Source: Ylistrum balloti (Eukaryota). Taken from it: a DNA stretch of 56,768 nucleotides. The translations under genes and the position numbers were made by a program. The stretch covers positions 1 to 56,768 of the forward strand of contig NW_026782945.1 in assembly GCF_031769215.1 (NCBI RefSeq), in the 5' to 3' direction. The notes beneath the pieces are model-generated. The model did no database searches and had not been told where the DNA came from. It was given only the letters and a program-made list of their open reading frames with translations. Positions 37,870 through 47,318 of this stretch are shown piece by piece. How positions within the stretch are numbered: position 1 is the stretch's first letter; each line of letters opens with the position of its first letter.

Positions 37870-38414
37870 GCCGCCACTGCAATGTTTAATACGTCACGCT
37901 CAACGATCGCTGCTGTTTCTTCGTCAATGCCTGCCTTCTTGAGGCGTTTACCAATCTTGACAGCAGCAGCTTCTGCGCGTGCACGAAGCTCTTGTTTAAA
38001 CTTAAGATCTGTAACGCTTGCTCTTGTAATGTCAGCAACCGCGCGTGTGATTTTAGTAATCTCTGATGTTTTTAAGTCTTTATTCTGAGCGCCGCGAATA
38101 AGCTTTAAAATCTTATCTTGAGTTAGACGTACCAATGCTTGATTTACTTGACCCTCATCATCTGGACAAGCTTCACTTAAATAGCGTGCAAACTCTGTCG
38201 ATTCGCGTACACTCTCTAGAAAATCTTTATACTTTTTTGCAGCCGCACCAACAGCACTGCGGCTAACGTTAAGCTCAATACCTGCTTCCTCAATCCACTG
38301 ATTTAATAAAACTGAAATATCGTCATAATTACTAAAATTACGACGTTTAAATTCTTCACGTAACTTTTCTTGTATCTCTTCTGGAAGCTGTGAGATTTTA
38401 CTGCGATCTGTCAT
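37866..38414 (-). CDS. Small terminase subunit (Mu gp27/DUF3486 family)
   Basis: SKI.QLP, VSRSAVG motifs; position before the large terminase. Confidence 0.85.
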   Translation of the reverse strand: MTDRSKISQLPEEIQEKLREEFKRRNFSNYDDISVLLNQWIEEAGIELNVSRSAVGAAAKKYKDFLESVRESTEFARYLSEACPDDEGQVNQALVRLTQDKILKLIRGAQNKDLKTSEITKITRAVADITRASVTDLKFKQELRARAEAAAVKIGKRLKKAGIDEETAAIVERDVLNIAVAA

Positions 38415-38707
38415 GATGGCCTACGTATACCTGCAGGTGGCTTCTTTGAACCTTCTGCTACTTGATAGCCTGCTGCCTTAAGATCAATACGACGGCCTTC
38501 AACTGATGTTTCAATACGTATCAGCTCTAATTCACTTAAAAAATCAAGAGCGACATTAAACATCTTTTTTGTCGTTTGCGGCTCTGCGATGCGCACACCC
38601 TCAAATAGTATCGATTCACTTAAACCCAAAGGCTGTGCTTCTCGTAAGATTTCTAACATGCGCCAGCGGATCATTTCGTGCTGCAACTGCTCTAGATTCA
38701 TTGACAT
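38411..38707 (-). CDS. Mu gp26-like winged-helix protein
   Basis: RWRMLEIL, LDFL.E..L, L...G..VAEG....GI.RP pattern. Confidence 0.7.
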   Translation of the reverse strand: MSMNLEQLQHEMIRWRMLEILREAQPLGLSESILFEGVRIAEPQTTKKMFNVALDFLSELELIRIETSVEGRRIDLKAAGYQVAEGSKKPPAGIRRPS

Positions 38708-38751
38708 ACCCCTGATCCATTTGCTTGCGACAGACGTAACTTACCCAATTC

Positions 38752-39315
38752 CTAATGGATAATTTTCTTACTGCGGTCAAGCTCTTTTTTATCAACAAAG
38801 TCTTCTCTAATTTTTGAAATCTCTTTTTCTATAACACGAATATCTTGAGCTTCTCGCACATTAGTATCTTCAATGGCGCTTAGTCGTACATCGATCAATT
38901 GCTCTAAATGCCTGTGCTGCTGATTGCTTCGTTCTTCAAAAGAGCGCAAACGCTCTGATTGTTTTTCGTCAAGCTCTGTCATCTTTTTTTCTAATCCCTC
39001 AACAGCGCCTTGCTGAGATTGAATAAGGGAAGCTAATCGTTCATCTCCATGCTTGTCTCGCCATTTAATAATTCCTCCCACAACAACAACCGCTACCCCA
39101 AAAAAGAATGTAACCGATTGCCACGTCAGCACGATTTCATCTTGAGGTGCTGTTTTTGCCGCATAAGCTACTCTTAAGCAAAGTCCAAAAACAAAAAGAA
39201 TAAATGCAGTAACGACACCTACTAACAAAAAAATATACACATAAGGACGCTCGCGCTGTAGATCGTTAAGCATGTCTTCAAACCAAATAAATAGCTTTAT
39301 CATCGAAGCTGACAC
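38752..39315 (-). CDS. Phage membrane protein with coiled-coil C-terminus
   Basis: Two hydrophobic helices then a charged heptad-rich region; occupies the Mu gp25-like position. Confidence 0.55.
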   Translation of the reverse strand: MSASMIKLFIWFEDMLNDLQRERPYVYIFLLVGVVTAFILFVFGLCLRVAYAAKTAPQDEIVLTWQSVTFFFGVAVVVVGGIIKWRDKHGDERLASLIQSQQGAVEGLEKKMTELDEKQSERLRSFEERSNQQHRHLEQLIDVRLSAIEDTNVREAQDIRVIEKEISKIREDFVDKKELDRSKKIIH

Positions 39316-39674
39316 CCCCCTAAAAGGTTTTCTATTTCTTTGCTATATTCAATAAGCTGCAACAAAGACAGTACCTGCGCTGCCACCTTAACGTGCACCT
39401 CTGTCTCTTTTGTTACAGCATGTAGCGCTAAAAACGGGCGCTCAGGGATCGGTAGCTCTGGATACGGTATTGGTATGGGTATCGGTACTGTTTTTCGTTG
39501 GTGCGTGCAGGCAGACAGAAAAGATAACAGAAGAGCAAGCCCAACAATGGTAAGGCCAGTGAATATACCTTCAAGTAATGCAGTATATATATCCCAAAGA
39601 CGCTCTTTGCGATTAACCTTCCAGTCCTCCCTTAACCCACCTATAAGATTTTTTAATTCCTGCCAGATTTTCAT
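39300..39674 (-). CDS. Lipoprotein, candidate outer-membrane spanin (Rz1-like)
   Basis: Hydrophobic stretch ending in lipobox LSAC, then Pro-rich PIPIPIPYPELPIPERP. Confidence 0.65.
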   Translation of the reverse strand: MKIWQELKNLIGGLREDWKVNRKERLWDIYTALLEGIFTGLTIVGLALLLSFLSACTHQRKTVPIPIPIPYPELPIPERPFLALHAVTKETEVHVKVAAQVLSLLQLIEYSKEIENLLGGCQLR

Positions 39675-40069
39675 GGCGAGAGTCCATTAAATTCTTTGGA
39701 AATAATCAGGCTCTGCCTGTGCATCCAGGAGACAGCTTCAGTACAGGCTTTAGGAACAACCTCTTGCTTAAGCTTGGTCATACGACTGTTCGCTTTTTTT
39801 CTTAATTCGGGCAATTTAGCAATAGCCTTAAGGGCATGCTTTTTTTGTTTTTCTGCTTCTGCTTGCCAAAGCTCAATACGACCGCTTTGCAATTCTAGTT
39901 GCTGGCCTTGCTGAACAAGTTCTGCTTTTAGGTTTGTTACTTTTTTACGCATTACTTTTGTTGTGATAAAAAAACCAGCACACACAACGACTAAAGCTAA
40001 CGCAATTGTTCGCCATGGATTTTCTGTTAGAAAGCGACCCACAAACCCTAATGCAGCAAAAGCACCCAT
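39671..40069 (-). CDS. Candidate inner-membrane spanin (Rz-like)
   Basis: N-terminal transmembrane helix plus coiled coil; C-terminal Cys; lysis module. Confidence 0.6.
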   Translation of the reverse strand: MGAFAALGFVGRFLTENPWRTIALALVVVCAGFFITTKVMRKKVTNLKAELVQQGQQLELQSGRIELWQAEAEKQKKHALKAIAKLPELRKKANSRMTKLKQEVVPKACTEAVSWMHRQSLIISKEFNGLSP

Positions 40070-40284
40070 TAAGATTTTCCTGTCAGGGTGATACCTTGGC
40101 TAGTAATCATGCGTAAGAAAACATTAACGATTGCAATAACCGCAATAATACGAGCTGTCATCTGTGACTCTAACCCAAAGACATGCAACTGAACACCAAT
40201 TTCTTCTAAGATCGCTGGCAGCATTAGCAGCGTATTAAAAATGATGGTTTTAGATTTATGAGGTTGTTTCGTTACCTTTTCCAT
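40069..40284 (-). CDS. Candidate holin
   Basis: 71 aa, two hydrophobic segments, KSKTI.FN and N..LR..T motifs; next to the endolysin. Confidence 0.6.
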   Translation of the reverse strand: MEKVTKQPHKSKTIIFNTLLMLPAILEEIGVQLHVFGLESQMTARIIAVIAIVNVFLRMITSQGITLTGKS

Positions 40285-40808
40285 AATTTGCTGACCTTAT
40301 CGACATAAGCTTGATTTTTAAAGCGATCAAAAATGTACTGCGGGCTACCCGCGTTATAGGCAGCAATGACACCATCCCAGTCATGGTCAGATAGATGCCT
40401 CGAACACATCCTTGCAAGGTGCTTGCAACCATATTCCAAGCCTGTCTCAATATCACATAACTGTGTTAAGTAGCGGCCAGTAAAACCATGCTCACGAGCA
40501 ACTGCACCCATCACCTGCATTAATCCATAACTTGTTTTTTGTCCGGTCCATTCTGTAGCACGGGAGGTGTGTCGCGGTGAGGTAAAATCTTTTGGTGGAT
40601 TAATATCTTTGCGCTCAAGACGACTAAGCTCACGAAATGGCTTTCTGTTTGCGTAGTCCCACATGTAGCGATAATGAGGCTCAAAACGAAACGCAAACGG
40701 CCGAAAGCCAGATTCCACCTCTATAATTGCCTGAACAAGCGGCACAGGTAAATACATACGTGTCGCGTGGACAGCGATAAGCGCTAACATGTCTGTTTTT
40801 GAGATCAT
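40272..40808 (-). CDS. Endolysin, SLT lytic transglycosylase
   Basis: AII.VES (catalytic Glu), SYGLMQV, AAYNAG; start taken at ATG 40808. Confidence 0.9.
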   Translation of the reverse strand: MISKTDMLALIAVHATRMYLPVPLVQAIIEVESGFRPFAFRFEPHYRYMWDYANRKPFRELSRLERKDINPPKDFTSPRHTSRATEWTGQKTSYGLMQVMGAVAREHGFTGRYLTQLCDIETGLEYGCKHLARMCSRHLSDHDWDGVIAAYNAGSPQYIFDRFKNQAYVDKVSKLWKR

Positions 40809-40841
40809 CCTAGTATTTAGGATGACAAGAAAAATGTGCAG

Positions 40842-40870
40842 TTTATAGTGCAAAATTGCACTATTTTAGT
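40842..40870 (-). promoter_or_regulatory. Dyad motif copy 2 upstream of the lysis operon (candidate Mor/C-type activator site)
   Basis: TTTATAGTGCAAAATTGCACTATTTTAGT, directly after the Mor-family stop codon. Confidence 0.7.
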
Positions 40871-41241
40871 TAATTGTTTTGTGGGGTATTACGAAACAAG
40901 GAGAACTGATTTTGATCAATCAGTGTGCTTCTTGCTCTTTTGATAATGTTATAAAAATTACGTCGCGTCAAGCCATAAGCTTTCATTAATTCAATATCAG
41001 AAATACCGCTACGATATTTTTGATAGATCTCCTGATCTCTTTTTTGTAGATTGTACTGTGCTGCTTTTGGGATGTAGAGATTTCTACCGCCAACGTGATG
41101 ACGTAGTATTTCAATAACACGCCTACCGATTATGTCGGACTCTTGCTTACTTAAGCGCGTACGCTCTTCCACCTCGCTAGCAACAATAGCTGCCATTTCA
41201 GCAAAGACTTCAGGGTAACTATCTTTGTAATCTGTTTTCAT
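40870..41241 (-). CDS. mor: Mor/C family transcription activator
   Basis: GGRNLYIPK, RD..IY..Y, L...YGLT....Y.II motifs. Confidence 0.9.
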   Translation of the reverse strand: MKTDYKDSYPEVFAEMAAIVASEVEERTRLSKQESDIIGRRVIEILRHHVGGRNLYIPKAAQYNLQKRDQEIYQKYRSGISDIELMKAYGLTRRNFYNIIKRARSTLIDQNQFSLFRNTPQNN

Positions 41242-41639
41242 TGGTTTAGTCGCTCAAAGTAATACCAAAACAGCAGGCACGCATCCTTAGTTTTTGTGTA
41301 CTCTTTTGCCCAACTAAAAAAGCTTTCGACATCAATAAAGCCATCTAGTAAAGCCAAGTCAAAAACCTCTTGATCTGTTAAGACACGAATACCCCACAGA
41401 ACATCATCCATAACTAAAACACTGCAATCTTCAGAGAAGTTAATAATTAAGACTGCCCGTCGTGAAACCTTAGCTTCACCGAGCAGACGACAAGATTTAT
41501 GCCGCATGCCTGTATAGAGCTTCATCTTTTCGCCAACTTCAGGATTACGCTTGTCCTTGCGAGGTTTACGAATCGTTGTGGTTTTGCGGTTTGACTCAAT
41601 CAGATCGGCAAACTCGCTAGCGAAATTCCAGGCTCCCAT
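41238..41639 (-). CDS. ASCH-domain protein
   Basis: KTTTIR, G....LYTGMR.K.C.LLG, A..DGF motifs. Confidence 0.75.
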   Translation of the reverse strand: MGAWNFASEFADLIESNRKTTTIRKPRKDKRNPEVGEKMKLYTGMRHKSCRLLGEAKVSRRAVLIINFSEDCSVLVMDDVLWGIRVLTDQEVFDLALLDGFIDVESFFSWAKEYTKTKDACLLFWYYFERLNQ

Positions 41640-41869
41640 TACTCGCCATCTTCTTCTTTAATAGCCTGCAAACCAATACGTGCGGCCTGCTCAAGTACCC
41701 ACATAAGCTCAGGCTCCCGAACCAGTAGCGCATCATCAACACTTAAGCGTCCCATTACTCTTGATAAAACAGTTGCAAAATCAATTAGATCTGCATGCTT
41801 TAATGTGTCCTCTGCTTTAACATCAAGGACACCTTCTAGAACTTGTATGTACTTTTCTGCCTGCGTCAT
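41639..41869 (-). CDS. Hypothetical phage protein
   Basis: ORF, translationally coupled to both neighbours. Confidence 0.55.
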   Translation of the reverse strand: MTQAEKYIQVLEGVLDVKAEDTLKHADLIDFATVLSRVMGRLSVDDALLVREPELMWVLEQAARIGLQAIKEEDGE

Positions 41870-42348
41870 CTTGTTTGCTCTCTTTTTTGCTGTTTTTCAA
41901 GCTGTGCAATAATCCAGCCTAGTTGCTCATTTGTACAAAACCGCACATGGTCAACTTTCGTATGTGTTAGCTTTTTCATAAGTGGATCAATATAGCTCCA
42001 TGGCTTTTTTAAGTCAGCCAGTAGTGCATGGATCTTGTTAATTTGACCTTGCTTTTTAGCTGCAACATTTAATGGCTTACCGTAAGGGCCAGTACGATTA
42101 GAGCCTTGATAGCCTGGCAACCTAATAGATGCACCCTGTTTAACCAAATGCTCAATAACTGCTTTTCGCTCGCTAGCAGTTAGCTCTGCTGCAGAAGTTT
42201 TACCTGCCACCTGATGCAGCATTTCTTCATAAGCAATGCGTGTAGAACTATCTTGCGATGAATCTAGTCCAATCTCTTTAGCACCCTTATGAATCAACCA
42301 AATGTCGCGATTACGAGCACTTAAGCGTTTACGTGTTTTTGCACTCAT
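41866..42348 (-). CDS. GemA/Mu gp16 (DUF1018) regulatory protein
   Basis: IH.GA..IGLD, Y..ML....GK.SA..LT, KI.AL...L, L..II..L motifs. Confidence 0.85.
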   Translation of the reverse strand: MSAKTRKRLSARNRDIWLIHKGAKEIGLDSSQDSSTRIAYEEMLHQVAGKTSAAELTASERKAVIEHLVKQGASIRLPGYQGSNRTGPYGKPLNVAAKKQGQINKIHALLADLKKPWSYIDPLMKKLTHTKVDHVRFCTNEQLGWIIAQLEKQQKREQTR

Positions 42349-42737
42349 AATCTTTGCTTCATGTCGTTTGTTAATAATTCTAAAGAGATTCGATCAACAA
42401 AGGCTAGACTCTGTAGATCGAGGGATTTAATTTTAGTAAGGCGTTGCGGCTTACTTATCTGATCGTATAAACGATGGCCTGATTCCGTGCAGTAAATTAT
42501 AGCCATGCCGTTCCAGCGCCAAGCCCGTCCAAATCCTTCTACAAGTGCGCCCTGGACAGATAGATATTCACCATCCCTAAGCAGGCGAACATGATAGACA
42601 AACTCCGTAAACTGATGATCTTTAGGATCGCCAGTTAAGTGAAGCTCATGAATCAGGTCAGACAGCGTTATATATAGTCTGTCGTTTTCAATTAATGCTT
42701 CTAGTAAATCCTTAACGACATCTAAATTGAGTTTCAT
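42345..42737 (-). CDS. DUF2513-like protein
   Basis: MKLNLD.VKDLL and YHV.LL.D..YL; GGAGG RBS before ATG 42737. Confidence 0.6.
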   Translation of the reverse strand: MKLNLDVVKDLLEALIENDRLYITLSDLIHELHLTGDPKDHQFTEFVYHVRLLRDGEYLSVQGALVEGFGRAWRWNGMAIIYCTESGHRLYDQISKPQRLTKIKSLDLQSLAFVDRISLELLTNDMKQRL

Positions 42738-42946
42738 GCAACCTCCTTCAGAAGCAACGCGTACTGGCCAAGCTTGTAGGCAATTATATGGGTTGCAGCA
42801 CAAAAGGCCATGTACAGCATGAAAAGAACAGAGCTTCTTTCTTCTTTCAGAAACAGAGAAGCAGCAACAGCAAACCTCGCACATACCAGCGGCAAGGCAA
42901 TCAAAACGACAGCAATCGAAATCTTAAATATTAATTCATCAAACAC
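42734..42946 (-). CDS. Small phage membrane protein
   Basis: GTG start with GGAG RBS overlapping the upstream stop; two hydrophobic helices. Confidence 0.5.
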   Translation of the reverse strand: MFDELIFKISIAVVLIALPLVCARFAVAASLFLKEERSSVLFMLYMAFCAATHIIAYKLGQYALLLKEVA

Positions 42947-43133
42947 GCTTAAATTCTCCCTTAAAAACCCAATGCTTTTTACCACGCTTGTCTTGTAATA
43001 GATACTGTTTGCCATAACGTGTTTCTGCTATTTCGGTTGCGATGACTTTTTTACCAATAGACCAAGGTGTACGACTGCTAGCTACAGCTACCGTTATTGG
43101 TGGATTTATTTGACGACTAAATACTTCTTTCAT
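42939..43133 (-). CDS. Hypothetical phage protein
   Basis: ORF in the coupled early/middle operon. Confidence 0.5.
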   Translation of the reverse strand: MKEVFSRQINPPITVAVASSRTPWSIGKKVIATEIAETRYGKQYLLQDKRGKKHWVFKGEFKRV

Positions 43134-43318
43134 TTAGGTTTCTCCGATTTCCCAAGCTCATAGGTTGCAGAAGATGAAGCCACAGCAACAACATAGTAAA
43201 CACAGCAGGCGACCATTAGCCCGTCTTCACGCTTAGCCGCCGCCAGCAGTATGGCAAAAAAAGCAGCATGCAGCGCTGGCGCAAAAAATAGCAGCATAAT
43301 AAAAGGAGTTTTATTCAT
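43130..43318 (-). CDS. Small phage membrane protein
   Basis: Two hydrophobic helices; coupled ORF. Confidence 0.5.
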   Translation of the reverse strand: MNKTPFIMLLFFAPALHAAFFAILLAAAKREDGLMVACCVYYVVAVASSSATYELGKSEKPK

Positions 43319-43845
43319 TTCTCTACCTCCTTATCTACACTTTCAGCATTGGTTTTAATAAAAAACTCATCTTCTTGTTTTAGACATAGCCCTAAAGCCT
43401 CCAAATTAAAGCTATTTATCTTTTTAAGCTCTTCTTTTTTAAGCTTCGTAGTTCGATCTAGATAGCGATACGCGGTACCGTCAATTGAATATCTTTCTTC
43501 AATTCGACTAACAACTTCCTCTTCCTTTATACCCTCAAGTCTTACTAGCTTTTTTCTTGATTTGCGGTACCCAAATTCACCAGATGGAATCTTAATGCTA
43601 CGTGGCTTTACAAATAGTTTTGGGTTCTTGTCTGCGAAATACGTTAATTTTGATTCTAGATCTGCTTTTCTAGTTAAATAATCTGCTGCCAACGCCTCAG
43701 CTCTAGCTTTTGCAGCCTCAACCTGTTCGTTTAGTTCATGGTCTATTGCTTCTATGGCTCTATTAATAAGAGCAAGCTCACTATGAACCTCTTTTGCTTC
43801 ATTAAGATTTTTTATTGGTTGTATTTTTGGCTTAACACGGTTCAT
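43315..43845 (-). CDS. gam: Mu Gam-like host-nuclease inhibitor (DNA end-binding)
   Basis: N-terminal coiled coil, RSI..PSGEFGYRKS, C-terminal EDEFFI; follows MuB. Confidence 0.82.
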   Translation of the reverse strand: MNRVKPKIQPIKNLNEAKEVHSELALINRAIEAIDHELNEQVEAAKARAEALAADYLTRKADLESKLTYFADKNPKLFVKPRSIKIPSGEFGYRKSRKKLVRLEGIKEEEVVSRIEERYSIDGTAYRYLDRTTKLKKEELKKINSFNLEALGLCLKQEDEFFIKTNAESVDKEVEK

Positions 43846-44072
43846 TGCAAAAACTCCGGTAATACTGATTGATATAGTTTTCTTAGCTGATTTACTTCTG
43901 TTAGGGTTGGTTGCTCATCTGCAGCAATAACGCGAATAAAATCAATCTGATCTGAGTCAAGCGTTATAACAGCTTCCCTATGTAGCTGAAAAAGTTTTTC
44001 GCAAACAAATTTTATTGCTGTCAATCTCAAGCTTTTTTGTGTCACTGACGGTGGTAATGTTTTAAAGTTCAT
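43842..44072 (-). CDS. Hypothetical phage protein (paralog pair, copy 2)
   Basis: ORF; similar to 44069-44275. Confidence 0.5.
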   Translation of the reverse strand: MNFKTLPPSVTQKSLRLTAIKFVCEKLFQLHREAVITLDSDQIDFIRVIAADEQPTLTEVNQLRKLYQSVLPEFLQ

Positions 44073-44275
44073 AACCGTTCTCCCCTTAAAGCCCAGCTAG
44101 CTATATTGTTTACAGCTCTAACTTGGGCATAGGTAAGCGCATCTTGCGTAAGAATGTCTTCTAAAAAGTCTAGAGTTTGGGCTTTTAAATTGATCACGTC
44201 GTTGCGATAACACTCTAAGATGCGCTCAATTAGCTCGTGAGTACCTGTTGCATCGTGGCAAGCAAGTCCGCTCAT
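44069..44275 (-). CDS. Hypothetical phage protein (paralog pair, copy 1)
   Basis: ORF; similar to 43842-44072. Confidence 0.5.
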   Translation of the reverse strand: MSGLACHDATGTHELIERILECYRNDVINLKAQTLDFLEDILTQDALTYAQVRAVNNIASWALRGERL

Positions 44276-45186
44276 TACGCAGCTCCCTGCAGGCTTTGAT
44301 AGGCAAGCCTTAGATTCTTGTCTGTAATGCTACCTTCGCCCTCTGCTAGCACCGCTAGGCGTATTGTTTTTACAACACCCCGCAAGGCTCCTGGCTCTTT
44401 TGCTACCTCTTGTAATAACTTAAGTTCTTCTTTACCGGTAATCTCCCACTGCTTAGCTAATGCGTTAACGTCTTTTACTAAAGGCTTACTAAGTCTTAAT
44501 TTTCTACCAACGCGACTAAAGAGCTGTGCAAAGGTTGCTTGCCTGCCTGCACCGCTAAGCTTGACATAAACAGACTCATTGCCGACAAGGGCGATACCAA
44601 TACCGCTTGCATCGTAGATAGAACGCAATTCCTCAACACTTTCCTGTCTTAAATGCTGTGCTTCATCAATGATTAATAAGCCACCAGTACCGGAAAGACG
44701 TGCAATAATATCTTTTTCCATGCGGTCTACAGGCTGGTAGCGATCGTACTTAAGAGCAATGGTATGACAGATTGCTACCAGGCAGTTCTGTAGTGATGCG
44801 GTAGCAGGGGTTGCGGTAAACAGATAAACATTGTTGTGTTGGGCTTGATAACGCCTGCAGGTCACAGTCTTACCTAATCCCGCGCCTCCGTAGATAACCG
44901 ACAAGTCTTCTGCGTTATGAGCGTACCTTAGTGATGCAAAGATCTTACGGCTTGTTGGGGTTTCAATATAGGCAAGCTGCCTTAGTCGCAAACTTGCCTT
45001 TTGCTTACGCGTCTCTAGCCATTTCTCAGCTTTTTCGGTAACAGCATCGTTATCGCCTTCATACGCACCCTTAAGCCAGCGGCTAAGTACAGCAGCACTT
45101 ACACCAATTTCTTTGGCTGTCTGCTCCTGAGTGAGGTTGTGCTTCTCGGCTTCCGCCTTTACACTACTAATAAGTTCCTTGGTCAC
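44275..45186 (-). CDS. MuB-like transposition AAA+ ATPase
   Basis: N-terminal HTH, Walker A GGAGLGKT, Walker B LIIDEAQHL, LR.IYD, ALVGN, LFSR.G. Confidence 0.95.
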   Translation of the reverse strand: MTKELISSVKAEAEKHNLTQEQTAKEIGVSAAVLSRWLKGAYEGDNDAVTEKAEKWLETRKQKASLRLRQLAYIETPTSRKIFASLRYAHNAEDLSVIYGGAGLGKTVTCRRYQAQHNNVYLFTATPATASLQNCLVAICHTIALKYDRYQPVDRMEKDIIARLSGTGGLLIIDEAQHLRQESVEELRSIYDASGIGIALVGNESVYVKLSGAGRQATFAQLFSRVGRKLRLSKPLVKDVNALAKQWEITGKEELKLLQEVAKEPGALRGVVKTIRLAVLAEGEGSITDKNLRLAYQSLQGAA

Positions 45187-47318
45187 AAGATACTCCTTTT
45201 GACTGGGAGCTCAAGAGTTGCGGCGGTGAGGCGTTCCTCAAAGTCTGATTGGTCGTCTTCCTTTAAGGAAACCTCACCGCCGTTCGCTACTTTCTTAAGC
45301 TCTGGGGTTGTAAATAATCCTTCAATAATATTGGGTTCTGGTAGATCTACTGCTGGTATATTTGCATTTATTTCTAATGCTCTTTTACCAACTTCAAGTG
45401 CATCTAAAGCAGTCTTAGCATTTGCTGCTTTCTTAACTGATTTTTGCCAGGTACGTTTAGCACGGTTATATGTTTGAGCGTCTTTTCGACTTTGATAACC
45501 ACCTTTTAATTGACATTCAGCTTTTCCTAGATATCTGCCAGACAAATCATAGACGAACAAAGTCTCATGTAGGTCATCAGGATCAAACCGAACCGTTACT
45601 TTTTGTCCTGCATATTTCAAAAGAAACTCAGACCAATAGCGATTCTCAAACAGTCTTATCTGGCCAGCATGGGTCTTTGTTTTGACCATTACCGATTCAG
45701 CCATTGTTAGTAGCTCTCGTTCTTGCTGATCAGTTAAATACCGTACTCGTGTACGTGCGTAAGATTCGTTAAAGGTTTCATCAAAACTACGACCGTTTGC
45801 GGTTTTCGTTCTGCGACCTTCACGGCTGTTATGTAGGGATATACCTTGCTCGACAACTGTTAGAAATGTTTGATAATTAGCTGGCTTACCTTTTCCGCTT
45901 TTACCCCAACCGTAATCTGGTTTACTTGTTGGTTTATTACCGGTATAACTACCGGCTAAGGCTGGATGTTTCGCAATATTGGCAACAAGGTCACCAAAAG
46001 CGCGTTCAATTGGCTTGCTTTGACCATGTCCTGGTGTGACAAAAACACAATTGACATCAAGAAGCTTTAGTGTTCCTACTGGATCACAGTCTTTAATTTT
46101 GAAACGAAAACGCTTATTAGTACCGCCTGTAAATTGTTTAGAGCTAAAAGCTCTACCGTTATCTAAATGTGCAGATCTAGGTACTCCATAACTGCGACAT
46201 AAGTCACCAAAAGAGGCCATGATGCTATTTAGACATTCTGTTTCAGTTAGTCGCCAAGCTAAAACTTTGCGACTATAGACATCCTGCCAGGCTAGTAGTG
46301 ACAGGCGGATAACCCGCTTATCTGGCATTTCTACCCAGGTATCAAAGGTGTGGCCATCAGCGTTTACGATCTCTAGTGCAGATAGATTAGTTTCATCTCG
46401 TTCCTGGTAAGGGTAGAGCCTTTCTAATGCTTTTGGACCTTCTCGTTTTAATGTAATTTCAGCGGGTTTAAACTCTTTTTCAAGACGACGTTTAAAGGTC
46501 TTTTCACTCGCAATTTTGGTGTAGCCTAGAGTTTTGGCTTGTTTTTTTGTTCTAAGCCAGCAAGCTCTGAGTCCTGGCTTCTCGACTCTCAAATAATCAG
46601 CAATGAAATACTGCCAAATATCTTGTGGTATGCTTTCTTCTTTACCAATACCGCGATAGGTTGGGAGCAGTAAACATAGCCAATCTTGTTTCTGGTAATT
46701 TTGGGTGGCGCTTAGCCATCGTCTTAAAGAGGCAGTGCTAGTATTAAATTCTTGAGCTGTTAGTGCTAGAGCCGCTGTTTTCTTGGTCTTTTTGGTAACA
46801 AGAGACGTATAATACTTAACAGCTTCTAGACGTTTCTGTGCCTCTTCTCGATGTCTGTCTGTTGCTTGATCCCAGCGTAGCCACAGCTGCTCTGAGGCGA
46901 TAGGCTTTTTTTGCACATTTTTCTTCACTTTTTTCAATACTGGCTTAGAGTTCTTGATGGATGTTTGTGTATCATCTGTTAACGTCAAATCTTCTTGTGT
47001 ATCACTTTTCTTATTTTTTGAGAGACAAGATGTCGGAGCCGGCAAGGCAGCCAATCCATTGTTTAGGTGTGTTTCTGGTTGGTTAAGTGCCGGCTCCGAT
47101 AAAGATTGTTCTAGTGTTTTCTTAAGTCGCTCTAACTCTGGATCGATTCTGATTGTTTGTTTTTCTAGCCAATCCTCAACCTCAGATTCCAGGTAGTAGA
47201 CTTTGCCTAGGCGTTTATAGGAAGCAGGGCCGTAATCACGGGATCGCCAGCACTCCAGGGTTCTGATTGACCTATCCATCAATTTGGCTGCCTGAGCTGT
47301 AGTGAGCTTAGTGGTCAT
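45183..47318 (-). CDS. MuA-like DDE transposase
   Basis: ADGHTFD, DV.SRK.L.W, DNGRAF, KPIERAF motifs; C-terminal Mu domain; 711 aa. Confidence 0.95.
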   Translation of the reverse strand: MTTKLTTAQAAKLMDRSIRTLECWRSRDYGPASYKRLGKVYYLESEVEDWLEKQTIRIDPELERLKKTLEQSLSEPALNQPETHLNNGLAALPAPTSCLSKNKKSDTQEDLTLTDDTQTSIKNSKPVLKKVKKNVQKKPIASEQLWLRWDQATDRHREEAQKRLEAVKYYTSLVTKKTKKTAALALTAQEFNTSTASLRRWLSATQNYQKQDWLCLLLPTYRGIGKEESIPQDIWQYFIADYLRVEKPGLRACWLRTKKQAKTLGYTKIASEKTFKRRLEKEFKPAEITLKREGPKALERLYPYQERDETNLSALEIVNADGHTFDTWVEMPDKRVIRLSLLAWQDVYSRKVLAWRLTETECLNSIMASFGDLCRSYGVPRSAHLDNGRAFSSKQFTGGTNKRFRFKIKDCDPVGTLKLLDVNCVFVTPGHGQSKPIERAFGDLVANIAKHPALAGSYTGNKPTSKPDYGWGKSGKGKPANYQTFLTVVEQGISLHNSREGRRTKTANGRSFDETFNESYARTRVRYLTDQQERELLTMAESVMVKTKTHAGQIRLFENRYWSEFLLKYAGQKVTVRFDPDDLHETLFVYDLSGRYLGKAECQLKGGYQSRKDAQTYNRAKRTWQKSVKKAANAKTALDALEVGKRALEINANIPAVDLPEPNIIEGLFTTPELKKVANGGEVSLKEDDQSDFEERLTAATLELPVKRSIL

